From NCBI RefSeq assembly GCF_009914755.1, contig NC_060932.1: a DNA stretch of 64,000 nucleotides; one strand, written 5' to 3'. Below are positions 24,689-38,846 of the stretch, piece by piece. The DNA comes from the human T2T-CHM13v2.0 reference genome, Homo sapiens. The translations under genes and the position numbers were made by a program. Every line of letters begins with the position of its first letter. Position 1 is the stretch's first letter. The notes beneath the pieces are model-generated. The model searched no databases. It saw nothing but the letters and a program-made list of their open reading frames with translations, and was not told where the DNA came from.

Positions 24689-26032
24689 GTTTATCAATCC
24701 TTACCTATCTTATTACAGACATATATAATTAAGCATTATAATTTAATTTAACATAAATATCAATATTCCAGAATGAAACGTCTGTAAAGGCAGAGACTTT
24801 ACCGATATTGCTCCAATAGTTAAAAAATTTCTTTAAAATACTGTTTATTTGATATCTGTTGAATGGATTAACAAATCCAGCGTAGCATGTATGATTTCAA
24901 ACACAATCTCAAAAGAGTGATTTCAACTTTCTAATTATACCTGGATTCACATCTCTTGCACATATGACTCATAGGTACAGAGTTTTATGAAGTGACTGAT
25001 TGTATCTATTTAAGATATAATCTTACTAAAATTGTTTTATCATTATTATTATCATCATTATTTTTTAGTACAGTTTGTAAACATTGACAAATAAAAGGGA
25101 ATTGATTAGGAAATACAGTTGAATTATTATGGGGCTGCATGACCTATTGAACTTTCCCAAGCCTAAAATTCTAAGTTTTTTCCTGTTTTGATATTCTCTT
25201 GATTCTCTAAAACATTAGTTACATTTTTATTTACCTCTATTTATTAATCATTTCTTTTTCATTTAATAGTAAAGCAATTTGATATCTTAATGGTGCTTTT
25301 TTCATGTTTGTAAAACTGCTTGAACATGAGCAAGCAATTATTTCTGTCTTGCAAGAAGTAGTCACCAACATCAGATATTTTGAGAAAGCTAACATCGTCT
25401 TTGGATGTGTTAGAGTGTATTAAATTCAATGGGTTTCTATTATGACCAAAAGATTTATATTGTATTTCTCATTAACCTTGACAACATTGAGTCTTGTAAG
25501 TTAAATAGTAGGTTATGCCATACAAAATTTTCCATGTTTGATAATGTAATCTCAATTAGAATTTAATAAAATGCAACTGATTATCATATTAATAATTAAA
25601 AATGAAAGATTTGGCTCAAAGAGATTATGAACTTTCTGTTATCATGTATTGGTTGTGGAGTAATTATTTAAAGCCAGTTCTATCTGGCTCAAACTTTTTG
25701 TATCATAACCTAACTTTATTCTTTTCCCATAGTTTCTTCTCTACCATTTAGGATTCTTTCCTTTCTATTCCCTTTTGTAGAATTTGTTTTATAAAGGAAC
25801 TATTACTTTAAAAGTTAATTTGAAAAGCCAGCACAGTTACATAACCACATAACCATCTTTGGGACTTGTTCATCAGAATCATTTTCAAAGAGTGGCTAAA
25901 TGAACAAGTTTTAAGGGAGAATAGGAGGAGAAAATAAGATATTTGTCAAAAAAATACCCTCAATAAATATTTCTTTAAGCAAAGACAAATTGTTTAAACC
26001 TAATATTCTTACTGCCTTTAAGAAAAATCTTC

Positions 26033-26635
<603 letters not shown>

Positions 26636-27291
26636 ATTTTCAAGGAGTTGATTTTCATATATCCAAAATCCCCTTTCTTAATTGCTACTTGGATGCCTAG
26701 TAGATATCTCAGACTGAACTAGTTCAAATGAGACCCAGACATACTTTGTTCCTAGATTTTCAATCTCAATAAATAGCAATACTTTTAATCCAGTCAGTTT
26801 CCTACAGTGCAACCAGAATTATCATAGATAGAAATAATTGTAGGGTTTTGTCACTTGATATAAAAGCCTGGTAATTCAGATACTAAATGAAGGTAGAAAC
26901 CAAAAAAGGTCTATGATGAAACAATCATGTATACAGCTAGAAAAATGTAACAAAGAATGGGTTCACACCTCAGACTTGGGAAGAGTCCTACCATTTTCTA
27001 TAATGTGACATCGTCTGTGGGCTCATTTTACATGTAGAGCCCTATACATATCAGGCAGTTGAGCAGAAAACAGCCTGGGAATGTAGGATGACTCTTCAAC
27101 AGGGTTATTATCTGTGGGGGCTCTGATGGCTGGCTGTTACATGATAGATTTGCCTTCATATAAATGTCTACAGTCTTCAAAAATTGCTAAATGTGTGGGC
27201 TAGATTTATTTTTTAAAAATACAGTCTGAGTTTTTAAACAAAAGCATACTTTTCTTCATTTTATGTACAATGAGTTCAAAACTATAAAATG

Positions 27292-27902
<611 letters not shown>

Positions 27903-28079
27903 AACTATAAAATGATACTAGGATATATTTTTTTAATGGAAACCTCATCTTTTCAGATGATAGCGCTTCAAAATTTGCAAATGTGGGTTCATAACCTTAA
28001 CTCTCTTACAAATTTAGAATTTAATGTTGATGTTTCTAGCAACTGGATTACTGTGGAACTTTTGTTTCCCTCTTGCTGC

Positions 28080-28200
28080 TGCTTTTCTTTCTCTTTTTCT
28101 CCTCGTCTTCCTCTTTCTCCTCCTTCTATTTCCTTTTCTTCTTCTACCTCCTCTTCCTCCTCCTTCTTCCCTTCCTCCTTCTCCCCCTGCACTTCCTTTT
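28080..28200. repeat. CT-rich polypyrimidine low-complexity tract
   Basis: Nearly pure C/T for ~120 bp. Explains the Ser-rich and Glu-rich ORFs. Confidence 0.9.
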
Positions 28201-28323
28201 TACATTTCCCACTTCTCCAAACTCAATAATGTAACATTTTCAGATAAAATATTTAAGATTCAGAAATTTAAATGAGGTACCCAAATCCATACAACTGAAA
28301 AATAAATGAAACAATTAAGATTT

Positions 28324-28605
28324 GGATGGAGCTGGAGGCCATTATCCTTAGCAAACGAACGCAGGAGCAGAAAACCAAATCCCTCATGTTCTCACTTACA
28401 AGTGGGAACTAAAGGATGAGAACACATGGACACATAGAGAGGAACAACACACACTGGGGCCTTTAGGAAGGTGGAGGGTGGAAGGAGGGATAGGATCAGG
28501 AAAAAAATGGGTGATGAAATAATCTGCACAGCAAACTCCCATGACACAAGTTCACCTATGTAACAAACCTGCACTTGTACCCCTAAACTTATAATAAAAT
28601 TTTAA
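28324..28605 (+). mobile_element. 5'-truncated older L1PA (about PA10-PA13) 3' end
   Basis: ggatggagctggaggccattatccttagcaaac...aacaaacctgcacttgtacccc, followed by an A-rich tail. Confidence 0.88.
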
Positions 28606-29049
28606 AGAGATTTTAAACATTTTTTATTGCACATTTTATGTCCTGTCAATATCATGCATCATGCTTCTGTTACAGCTCTGTTAGCAACAGAAACTATTTT
28701 GGCAAAGAAGAATTTAGTTCTTATATTTTGGAAGAATTCAATAAAACTGAAATTCACAAGAATAGCAAAAGGTTAAAATGCCTACAAACACTAAATATTA
28801 TCATTTATAACTTTCTGCAAAAACATTATTAAGAAGGTACCAGTGTTAATTTATGCAAGTCTTTTTCCAATGGCATTTAAGCCTCAAGTGAAATATTTTT
28901 GGGGTTAATTCACATAATTAACCTATGTGAATTAAAAAGGCCTACCTCGAAGAGAGATTTATAATATGATAACATGCCACCAGACCTAAATTGGGTGAAC
29001 ATTTATCAGTTTAGAAAATTTGGATTTCTCTTAAGTGAAATTAATCTTT

Positions 29050-29580
<531 letters not shown>

Positions 29581-29683
29581 TTTTTTTTATATTTTATTTC
29601 ATTTATTTTTAAATTTCAATAGGTTTATGGGGAACAGGTGGTGTTTGGTTATATGAATAAGTTCTTTAGCAGTGATTTCTGAG
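29581..29683 (-). mobile_element. Short L1PB-type 3' end
   Basis: tttcaataggtttatggggaacaggtggtgtttggttatatgaataagttctttagcagtgatttctgag is the reverse complement of the 3' end type seen at 45008-45077. Confidence 0.8.
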
Positions 29684-32600
29684 TAAAATTAATCTTAAAC
29701 AACAAATAACATTGCCCCATAATAAAATGGTCATTTAAAGTGTTCATTTGAAATGCTCACAAGTGTATTTGAGAATAAAGCCCCTTTAAAAATGTTTTTG
29801 AAACAGTTTGGAGAACATAGATATTAGAATTCTGTGTCAATATTTAGAGACATTTTCATATATAGATACTGTAAAAATTCGAAAGATCATCTAATTATAT
29901 AAAACTAATACTTTCAGATTTGCCTATGAAAAATGGAGACTTAAAAAGCTTATTATTTAAATAATGAAGTTCTACCAACTATGAATTACTCACAAATATT
30001 ATCAAGTATTTATATTAGATACCTAAATATACTATATATTTAGATACATTATGATGCAATATGATGCTGCACCACAAAATTTAGGATTAGAAGAATCTTC
30101 CAAAGGACTGTGAGAAAAAAATAAACATGTTCACCTCAAAAACCAAGGATACATGGGGAGCAAAAATGTTCTCCCACTCTATTGGAAGAAAAAAATAAAT
30201 TTATTCCTAGAAAATTAAATGTATGTGATGTAGAAAAAAAACAGGATAGAAAGTAAAAGTTTGTTTTAATTTTAAAAACTAGTAACTTTAAATTTTAAAA
30301 AATAAGATGGGAGAGAGAAAAGTACACACTGAAAGTTTCATAGATGTTTCTCATTGGAAACAGTAAATAAAAGATTTTAACAATACTTCATTACACCAAT
30401 GACCACTCTAATATTTCTGAAAATATGAGCTTAGAGTTTGACTAGATTATTCTTGAGTATTCAAAATATTTAAAATTGAATATTTGTGAACCGATTGAAT
30501 AAAATATGTAAGTTTCTTCAAATATTTACTCAAATAATTTCTATTGTGAAATAACATCATGGACATCTTGGAAGACATTCTCAGATGTAATTTTCTTTGT
30601 TATTTTTTCTTAAATTTATTTTTAATTAAATAATGATTATATTAATTAGTTTTTAAAAGATTAAAACTCTAAAATGTGAAAATACTGCCAACCCTTCTTA
30701 CTACTTTTACCTGAAAATGTAACCACCTTATCATCATTTTCAATGTAACTTTTCAGACATTATCTTATACATTCATGAATGTGCTTAGAACATGGCTTCC
30801 TGAATATTTCAGTCCTGAATATTTTACACTGTGCAATTCTGTAAAGATGTGTGCATTTTGATTCTATTACATATCTTTGAATTTTCCAATTGTAATTCTA
30901 ATGCTTTATTATTGATACAATCCCAATCTTAGAAAGTTTAAAAGCTTTGAAATGCTTCCCATTACCCTTGGAATACAATCTAAATGTTTATCTCTGATCT
31001 GTAAGGTTCTGCATGAGCTATCCTAGTTATAAGCTTCAAATAACCATGGAACATGACTGAACTATACAGTGCTCTATCCTTACTGCATAGCAAAGATCCT
31101 GCCACATGGTATAAACCTAATATATACTTTAACTGACTATATGTATGAAATAACTCCATGGTTAAGGCTGTATTTTTAATGTGGAAATTCTCATATTTTG
31201 AGAAATAAGAAACATTGAACAAATAGAAATGAAGCTATGGCTTAGAAATTTAAATAGAAATGCCATTACAATAACAACTTAGAGTAAAAAGCATTTATGA
31301 TTCATGAATACTACTTTATTATTAAGACTGTCCTCTCACACATTCTTTTAGTGTCTTTGTATCATGGGGACTATTTTGGTTCTTATATTTGTGACAAGTT
31401 AAGGATTAACTATAACAATTGTCATTGTTATATTTAGCAGTACAACTTTGATATTTTATGTGTCAATATTGAACTATGAATTGGACTAAAATATAAATCT
31501 ATAAATACTATAAATTTATAAATCTATAAATACTAAAATCATTTATGATTTTATGAACATGGACAACAGTTCAGTTAACTCAAATAACAGTTATTCAATT
31601 AACAGAATATATATAAACTTTATGACTATATACATGGGAAAATATTTTCATACATATAGCTTCCATAAATTATTCTCACTTAATAAAAGTGTTTTTGTGA
31701 AATTCAAAGTTAGGCAATAATTATCTTCCAAAACATTAATTTTTTATATCAGCTACATAGGAAAAATGGTCTGTTTTGTACATGTAAAATATATGTATGT
31801 ATATGTTTATGTATGCGTATGTGTATTGCAATGGTAACATGGCTTTCAAAGTTTCATCATAAATGCTATATTTACCCATTTGTCATAAAAGTGTTTTCAA
31901 ATGCCATAGAGGCATACCTTTTATTTTGAAGCTTTAAATCTTGAAAGTCTTCTTTTGCTAAATATTTATCTTTTTCTAAAAATAAAATAAGTAATTTTAA
32001 AGAAATTCAAGATCTTTTATAGTAGTTACCTGAAATGGATAAATCATAAAAATGTTATTTCATATATTTATGGAGAAATTATAACATGGTGTCTTTACCA
32101 TATACGTTGCTCACTATCACTTCTGCTGCAAGAAATAAAATTGCTTGGATCTCATTCTAACAGGTTAAGCTAACACTTGGAGTTCTAACCTTGTAGGCCA
32201 CACAGCTTTACTTTCACAATGATGAAACTTACGATTTGAATAGCATAGTTATTCAGTGTTTTGATCACATAGTAAAGCTAAACTAGGTGAAAACTGAGCC
32301 ACACCTATGGCATTTCCTACACTCATTTAAAAAAAAAAACAGATGTAAGCAAAGGCATCAATACTCTTCTTTACCCTATGCTTTTTTCATTAGATAATTT
32401 TGTTTCTAATTAGTTGTGTATGGATCTTATGATCTAATTACAGACTAATTTTGAGAAATAAAAACCATTGCTTGGGTATCTCTAGTCTTAATCATGGGTG
32501 TTAATATACTGTTCTTTGAAATTCAACTTGACAGCCTCTTCAAATTCAGAAATTGGCTTGCTAGAAACCTCCAAGGTCATGATCCTTCAAAGTACTGTTT

Positions 32601-33389
32601 GTCAAATTGCCCTGACACAACTCCTGCAGGAAAAACTACTCTTTGATTATTAATGTGCAGTCAAAAGTGACATAGCCTTGCATACTGATCTTATATATCA
32701 AGAAAAAAATAACAAAGTGTTAAGGTGCAAATACCTTGAGTTAAACCTCATATATATAATCCTACCAATGTATAATTAGATATGTGAATATTTATATCCG
32801 ATGAAAGAATTTTGAGTTTCTAAATGACACTGCAAATGTGTTAGGAGGGGTAATACATGACAGTCAAATTCCTCAATATGAAACATATGAAATATGTATA
32901 TACAGATTCCTATTTTCACAGATGAAAATAGTAAATACTGACTTATAAGTTATATTATATAAATTGTACTTCAGAAATCATAAAGAACAAATTTCACTCC
33001 CCTCTGCTACATTATGTCACAAATCCACAAAATGGATTCATTCAGTATTTATGATACATTGATAACTATTTTCAAAACTGTGGAGAATATAAAGCATGAA
33101 TCCATTGAAGTCTATATGTGTTCTATAGACATAGTCTACATATATGTATGTATATATGTGCACATAAATATATAATTCATGTAGGTAAGGAGTCTTATTT
33201 TTATAAATTTTTAAATGAATACTCTTCTTTGATTTTTTTTCATGATTTTTGTTGTGCAATAAGACAACACAACTGTTTCATATATGTGTGTGCACATGTG
33301 TATGAAAAAATCAGTATATCTGCAAAAGTAAAGCAATGTTGAAGCATAAGTAGATCTTAATTATATACTAGGACTTCTAAGGATAAATA

Positions 33390-33640
33390 TGTAATTCTAA
33401 AACTTCCAGAAAAAAATAAAAATATTCTGATATCTGATTTTTCATCAGCAAAACTACAGCAGATGATATCTGAAAATGCCTTCTAAGTTCTGAGGTGAGA
33501 TAATTCTGTTTCACCAATTTCATACCCTTAAATGTTATCTTTCAAGAATCAATATAAAATAAAATACATTTTCCAATATATAAGAATGCAAACAGAATTT
33601 TTTCCCATGCATCATTTCTTAGGAAGGCACATTCAGCAAA
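33390..33640 (+). mobile_element. Ancient HAL1/L1M ORF1 C-terminal fragment
   Basis: tctgatttttcatcagcaaaacta, aatgccttctaagttctgagg, ttcataccc..aatgttatctttcaag and aaaatacattttcca resemble the end of ORF1. Confidence 0.5.
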
Positions 33641-36600
33641 AAAACAGTGAACATCAAGCAAAGGTCACTGTAGATATACAAGCAATCAGTCCAGACTTAA
33701 ATATGAAGAGAGTACGCTCCAAATCAGTGTCTTTAAAAGAATGTGCCATATTTTAAGTAAAAGGTGATGTGAAAACAGAGAGGGAGGATGAATGATTTAA
33801 TGGTTAAAATAAGTAGTAGATATGTATTTAAAAATATATGTGTAGATGAGATAAGGGGAGGCTTTATGGTTCCTTGGTTTTTATTCTTATGATTATTGCT
33901 TAACTGGTACTTTTTCGCTGCATCTAAGCTTCTGCCTATATGATCTTTACCTATCTTTGGTTTTTATTTTTTCATGAATAGCTAATCACTTTCTGAGTGA
34001 TCTCTTTTTCAAACTAACACATTTTGATACACAAGAAACATTAAGAAACAAACATGTTATTCTCTGTCATTCCCATGCAATCTCAATAGATATTTTGAGT
34101 ATGAATGAATTAATAGGTACTCAGTAGCTATTTTGATGACTGAATTAATGAGACCATGAGCACTTACAATAATGTTGTCTCATTGGAAATTCAAATCTGA
34201 ATAAGTAGTCAACAGCAAACCTTAAAGAAGAGTAAGCAAGACTTTTTTTTCAACTTTCTTGATTCAAGGGGGTGGGGTGTGAAAGAGAAGCAAAAATGCC
34301 AAAGGTAGTTATGCTTTGCACCAATAATTGATAGATTTGGTATGAATGTTAAAAAAAGAGAAATCTAGAGGGGAAAGAGCTGACTTGGATATTTGGAGAT
34401 AAAGATTTTTAAGTTTATCGTAATGTGTAATAGAGCAACAGTCTATCTATATATAAATATTAACACCATTATCTATTAACACAGTTGCAGTTCTTTCCAG
34501 CCTCTGGAAATATTGAAGATTCTTTGTTTGATGTTTTTCCATAGCAGTTTGTGATTGAAGTATTGCTGCCTAGGTCCTTTACACAATGTACTGATGTTAA
34601 TTTACTATATTCTAAATTTTCTTGAGAGCAAGAGATTCTTTTTATACAGGTGTTAAACTGAACAAACAGGTACAGAAATAAGTAAATGGGTTTTTAGATT
34701 GCAAAGAGAAATGTAGCTTGGTAACCCTTTTCAAATTAGAGTTATATGTATCTAAAAGGCTTCAATTGTGGGCTGTGCTGATATGAACAAAATATAAAAA
34801 AGTATTTGGTATGGATAATAGTAGTAAAATATATATAAAGCAAATGCATGTGAAATAAGTTTTAAAATATTCTACTAAATAGTTATCTTTAATGTTTAAT
34901 TTGCACATTTTCTTATGAAACTACATTAGCAAATATTTTAAAGTTTATTTTTTTCCATTATAAAATATTGTTTAAACCATACCTATGGGCTAGGAATTAA
35001 AGAAAGAAAAAAAATACTCATTTAGTTCTATTTCCTGGAATTTTTTTAAAAAGATACCAAGATCAAACATGTTTTACTTTATACTGAATTCTCTCTTAAA
35101 GTGAATATAAAAGCCATTTTGCACCAATATTCTAAGAATTCTTTTCCCACAGGTCTTTCTTAATACCTTGATATTAAAAATAAATTCCATGATATTCTTG
35201 ACTATAGCACTTTTGCTTTTTTTTATTCTAGATATTTACAGGACTATGAGAAACTCTTTCATCTGTGGGAAACTCTTTCTGTGAGGTTGGACAAGTCATT
35301 CCCATAAACTTCATTATATCAAGCCTTATTTACAAGATATTAATATTTATATTTTTATTACTTTAGGTAATTGAATTATATTGTGAGACATTCAAATACT
35401 GGACTTTTAGAAATAGCAGCCTATAAAGAATTAACAATCGGAAGATGTGGTTTGATTATACTTTTAAAGGAGAGACATGTTGGAATGAGGCTAATTTTAT
35501 AAGTAGGTGGTTCATTAGTGAACATTATGCTGTTAATATTATTGCGTCTCACTTGGGAAAGATTTGATTAGTACACATGTGGGACTAAATGAAGCAATTT
35601 CTGGAAATACCCCAATGTATCCCCTCCATGTTTGTAACTGCTTTATTAATCAGAATATAAAGAACATGTAAAGTGCCTTTGACATTTGCTTAATGTATGT
35701 ACAAATGTATAAGACCAAGGCTCTCCATTCAGAATCCGTATTTCTCTTTGCAATCTACTGCGCACCACTTCTGTGCATTCATTTCTTCCTGTTGTTCTCA
35801 GAATCTAGTAATATTGCTCCTTGCACTTATGAAAGGCTCATTTCCTACATTGTTTGATAAAGACCCAATAAAAACTCAACAATTTTTTAAAAATGAAGCT
35901 TTACTCAACTACATAAAAATTATTTCGTTTTCCATTGCTCATGTAGTGCTTATGCAATTAGTGTTTATTTTATATTGGCTCTAGCAGTAGAAATAAACAT
36001 GGTGACATGAAAACAAAACTTTAAAAAGTAAGGATTTAACATGTTTATTTGTAACATGATGGACTTTAATATATTCAAATATTATATAATATGCTTCATA
36101 GTACTTTTTAGTTCAAACCAATTTTTAGAAATGGTTATAAGCATCTAGAGGGTAAATTTGCAGTTCTCCTATACTCTGTATAGCACTATATAGTGCTTTT
36201 GTGCTTTTTATTAAAATCTATTTTGACTTTATAATAAATGCAAAGGTTCAGTTTAACATTTATTAGAGCCACCACTTAACCAAGCACCATATTGATCAAG
36301 GGGTTTGAAATGAAGACGTAATATCCAAGACTGTCATTACAGGAGGGAAGAAAATATAGAAAGTCAATTCAAACTCCTAAGGCAAATACTTTTTGAATGA
36401 GAAGAGAAGCTTACAAAGTGAATCATCAGCTAAAATACATATGATTGCTTGTGGTTATGTTTCATTGTTCAACTATAATCAATATGACAATCCATGTCAG
36501 ATAGTGTAATAGCAATAACTTTTAAAAGCCTTTGAACATTTATTGCTCATCTTTCTTTCATGTCATTTGATTCAGAATGCTTCAATTTGAAAACAATCTG

Positions 36601-38846
36601 AAATAGAATGTAATGATTTCATTTGAAATTGTTAGCGGGGGCAATTGAAAGAACTTCAGTTTTCTACTTGATGTTACTGCTAGTATTTTATGTCTTGTAA
36701 TAAGGCCAAAGGTAAATACACTTAGAAAAGAAAACTCCACTAACAATGTATATATTTTACTCTACCAGTTATTTGCTATTAGTAAAATATACTTTTATAG
36801 TAAAGTACACACAGACACACTCACACACAAACAAGCACACATGAGCACATGCCCAACACAGGAAGGTGCACACACACTAATTTTACAATTTCATAAATAA
36901 AAGTAAACACAATACATATTTCCTAATCTCCTAGGATAATAAAAAGCAAGTAGGTATGAGACAAGTCTTACTGAAATCAAAACTAAAGTTTGGGAGGGAG
37001 GCAGAGCAAGATGGCAGAACAGAAAGTTCCACTGATTGCACCCTATCTCTTGAAGAACATCAAGTTAACAATTATCTACATGGAGAAAAAGAAATAAAAG
37101 AAAAAAAAAAACACCTTCATAAGAACCAAAAATCAGGTGAGCACTCATAGTACCTGCTTTTAACTTCATAGCGCCGGAAGAGTCACTCAAGACATAGAAA
37201 AAGTAGTCCTGAATCACGAATGCCACCCTTCCCTCACCCCTAGCTGCAGCAACAGGCAGAGAGCTTCTCTGGGCACAGAGGGAGAAGAACATAGCAATTG
37301 TGAGGCATTGAACTCAGTGCTGTCCTGTTAAAGCAGAAAGGAAAACGGAACCAAACTCAAAGGATACCTGCCTGATGAGGAAGCATCTAAACCAGCCCTA
37401 GCCAGAGGGGAATCACTGATGCTAGTGTTCCAAACCTGCAAAACTTGCCACCAAGGGATACGGCACTGTGTCTCCAGGTAAATGTGAAAGCCTGTCCAGG
37501 CCATAAGGACTGCAATTCTTAGGCAAGTCCTAATGCTGAACTAGGCCAGAGACAGTTGACTGGGGTGAGGGTGGGCATGCAACATATTGAGACATAAGTT
37601 GGGGCAGCTAAGGGAGGGCATCACTCCTCCTCTAAACTCTTCTAACCCCAGATTACACAGCTCACAGCTCCAAAAGAGGCTCTTTCCTTCTGCTTGAGGA
37701 GAAGAGAAGAAAGAGTGGACAGGACTTTTTCTTGCATCTAGGATACCAGCTCAGCCATGGCAGGATAGGGAAATGACCAGAGTCATGAGGCCCCGGTTCC
37801 AGGACCTAACTTCCAGATGACATTTCCAGACACACCATGGGCCAGAAAGGAACCTGCTGCCTTGAAAGAAAGAACATAGTCCTGGCAGCATTCACTTGAA
37901 GCCAGCACTCACTTGGAAGCATTCACTTGAAGCATTCACTTGGACCAGAAGGGAACCTGCTGCCTTGAAAACAAAAACAAAAACAAAAAAACACTCTGGG
38001 CAGTATTCATATGAAGGCAGACTGCACTGGCTTCAAGTCTGACCCACCACAGTTATATGTTGGCCACAGAAGTGCTTGTGTCACTCCACTTCCAGCTTTA
38101 GGCAGCTCAGAACAGAGGGAGGCTCTATGTTTGGGAGAATGTAAGGGAAGAGAACAAGAGTTACTGCCTAGTAATACAGACAATTCTTCCAGATCTTGTC
38201 CAAGAACAGCAAAGTGGTGCCTCTACAAGTCTGCAAGAACCACAGCATTACTCAAATATCTATAAAGCCTCCCTAAGAAGGATAGCTACAAATAAGCCCA
38301 GACAGTAAAGACTATAATAAATATCTAACTCTTCAATGTGAAGATACCAAAGAACATCTACTAGAATCAACACCATCCAGGAAACATGACCTCAGAAAAT
38401 GAACTAAATAAGGCACCAGGAACTAATCCTGGATAAACAGAGATGTGTTGCCTTTCAGACAGAGAATTTTTTTTTTTAAAAAAAAGCTGTGTTGAAGAAA
38501 CTCAAAGAAACTCAAGATAACACAGAGAAGGAATACAGAATTCTATCAGATAAATTTAATGAAGAGAATGAAGTAATTAAAAAGAATCAAGCAGAAATTC
38601 TGGAGCTGAATAATTCAATTGGCAAACTGAAGAATGTATCAAGCAGAAGAAAGAATCTGTGACCTTGAGGACAGGCTATTTGAAAATATGTGGTCAAAAG
38701 AGACAAAAGAAAAAAGAATAAAAAACAATGACGCACATCTATTGGATCTAGAAAATAGCCTCAAAGAGCAAATCTAAGAGTTATTGGCCTTAAAGAGGAG
38801 ATAGAGAAAGAGATAGGAGTAGTTTATTCAAAGGGTTAAAAACAGA

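Noticed and set aside
27912-28275. Ser-rich, Glu-rich and Pro/Leu-rich ORFs
   Set aside because: Translations of the CT-rich low-complexity tract.
35230-35284. 54-nt plus-strand exon-like unit (YLQDYEKLFHLWETLSV)
   Set aside because: Weak donor (gttgga), contains an internal gaaactctttc duplication, has no partner exons and matches no protein I recognise.
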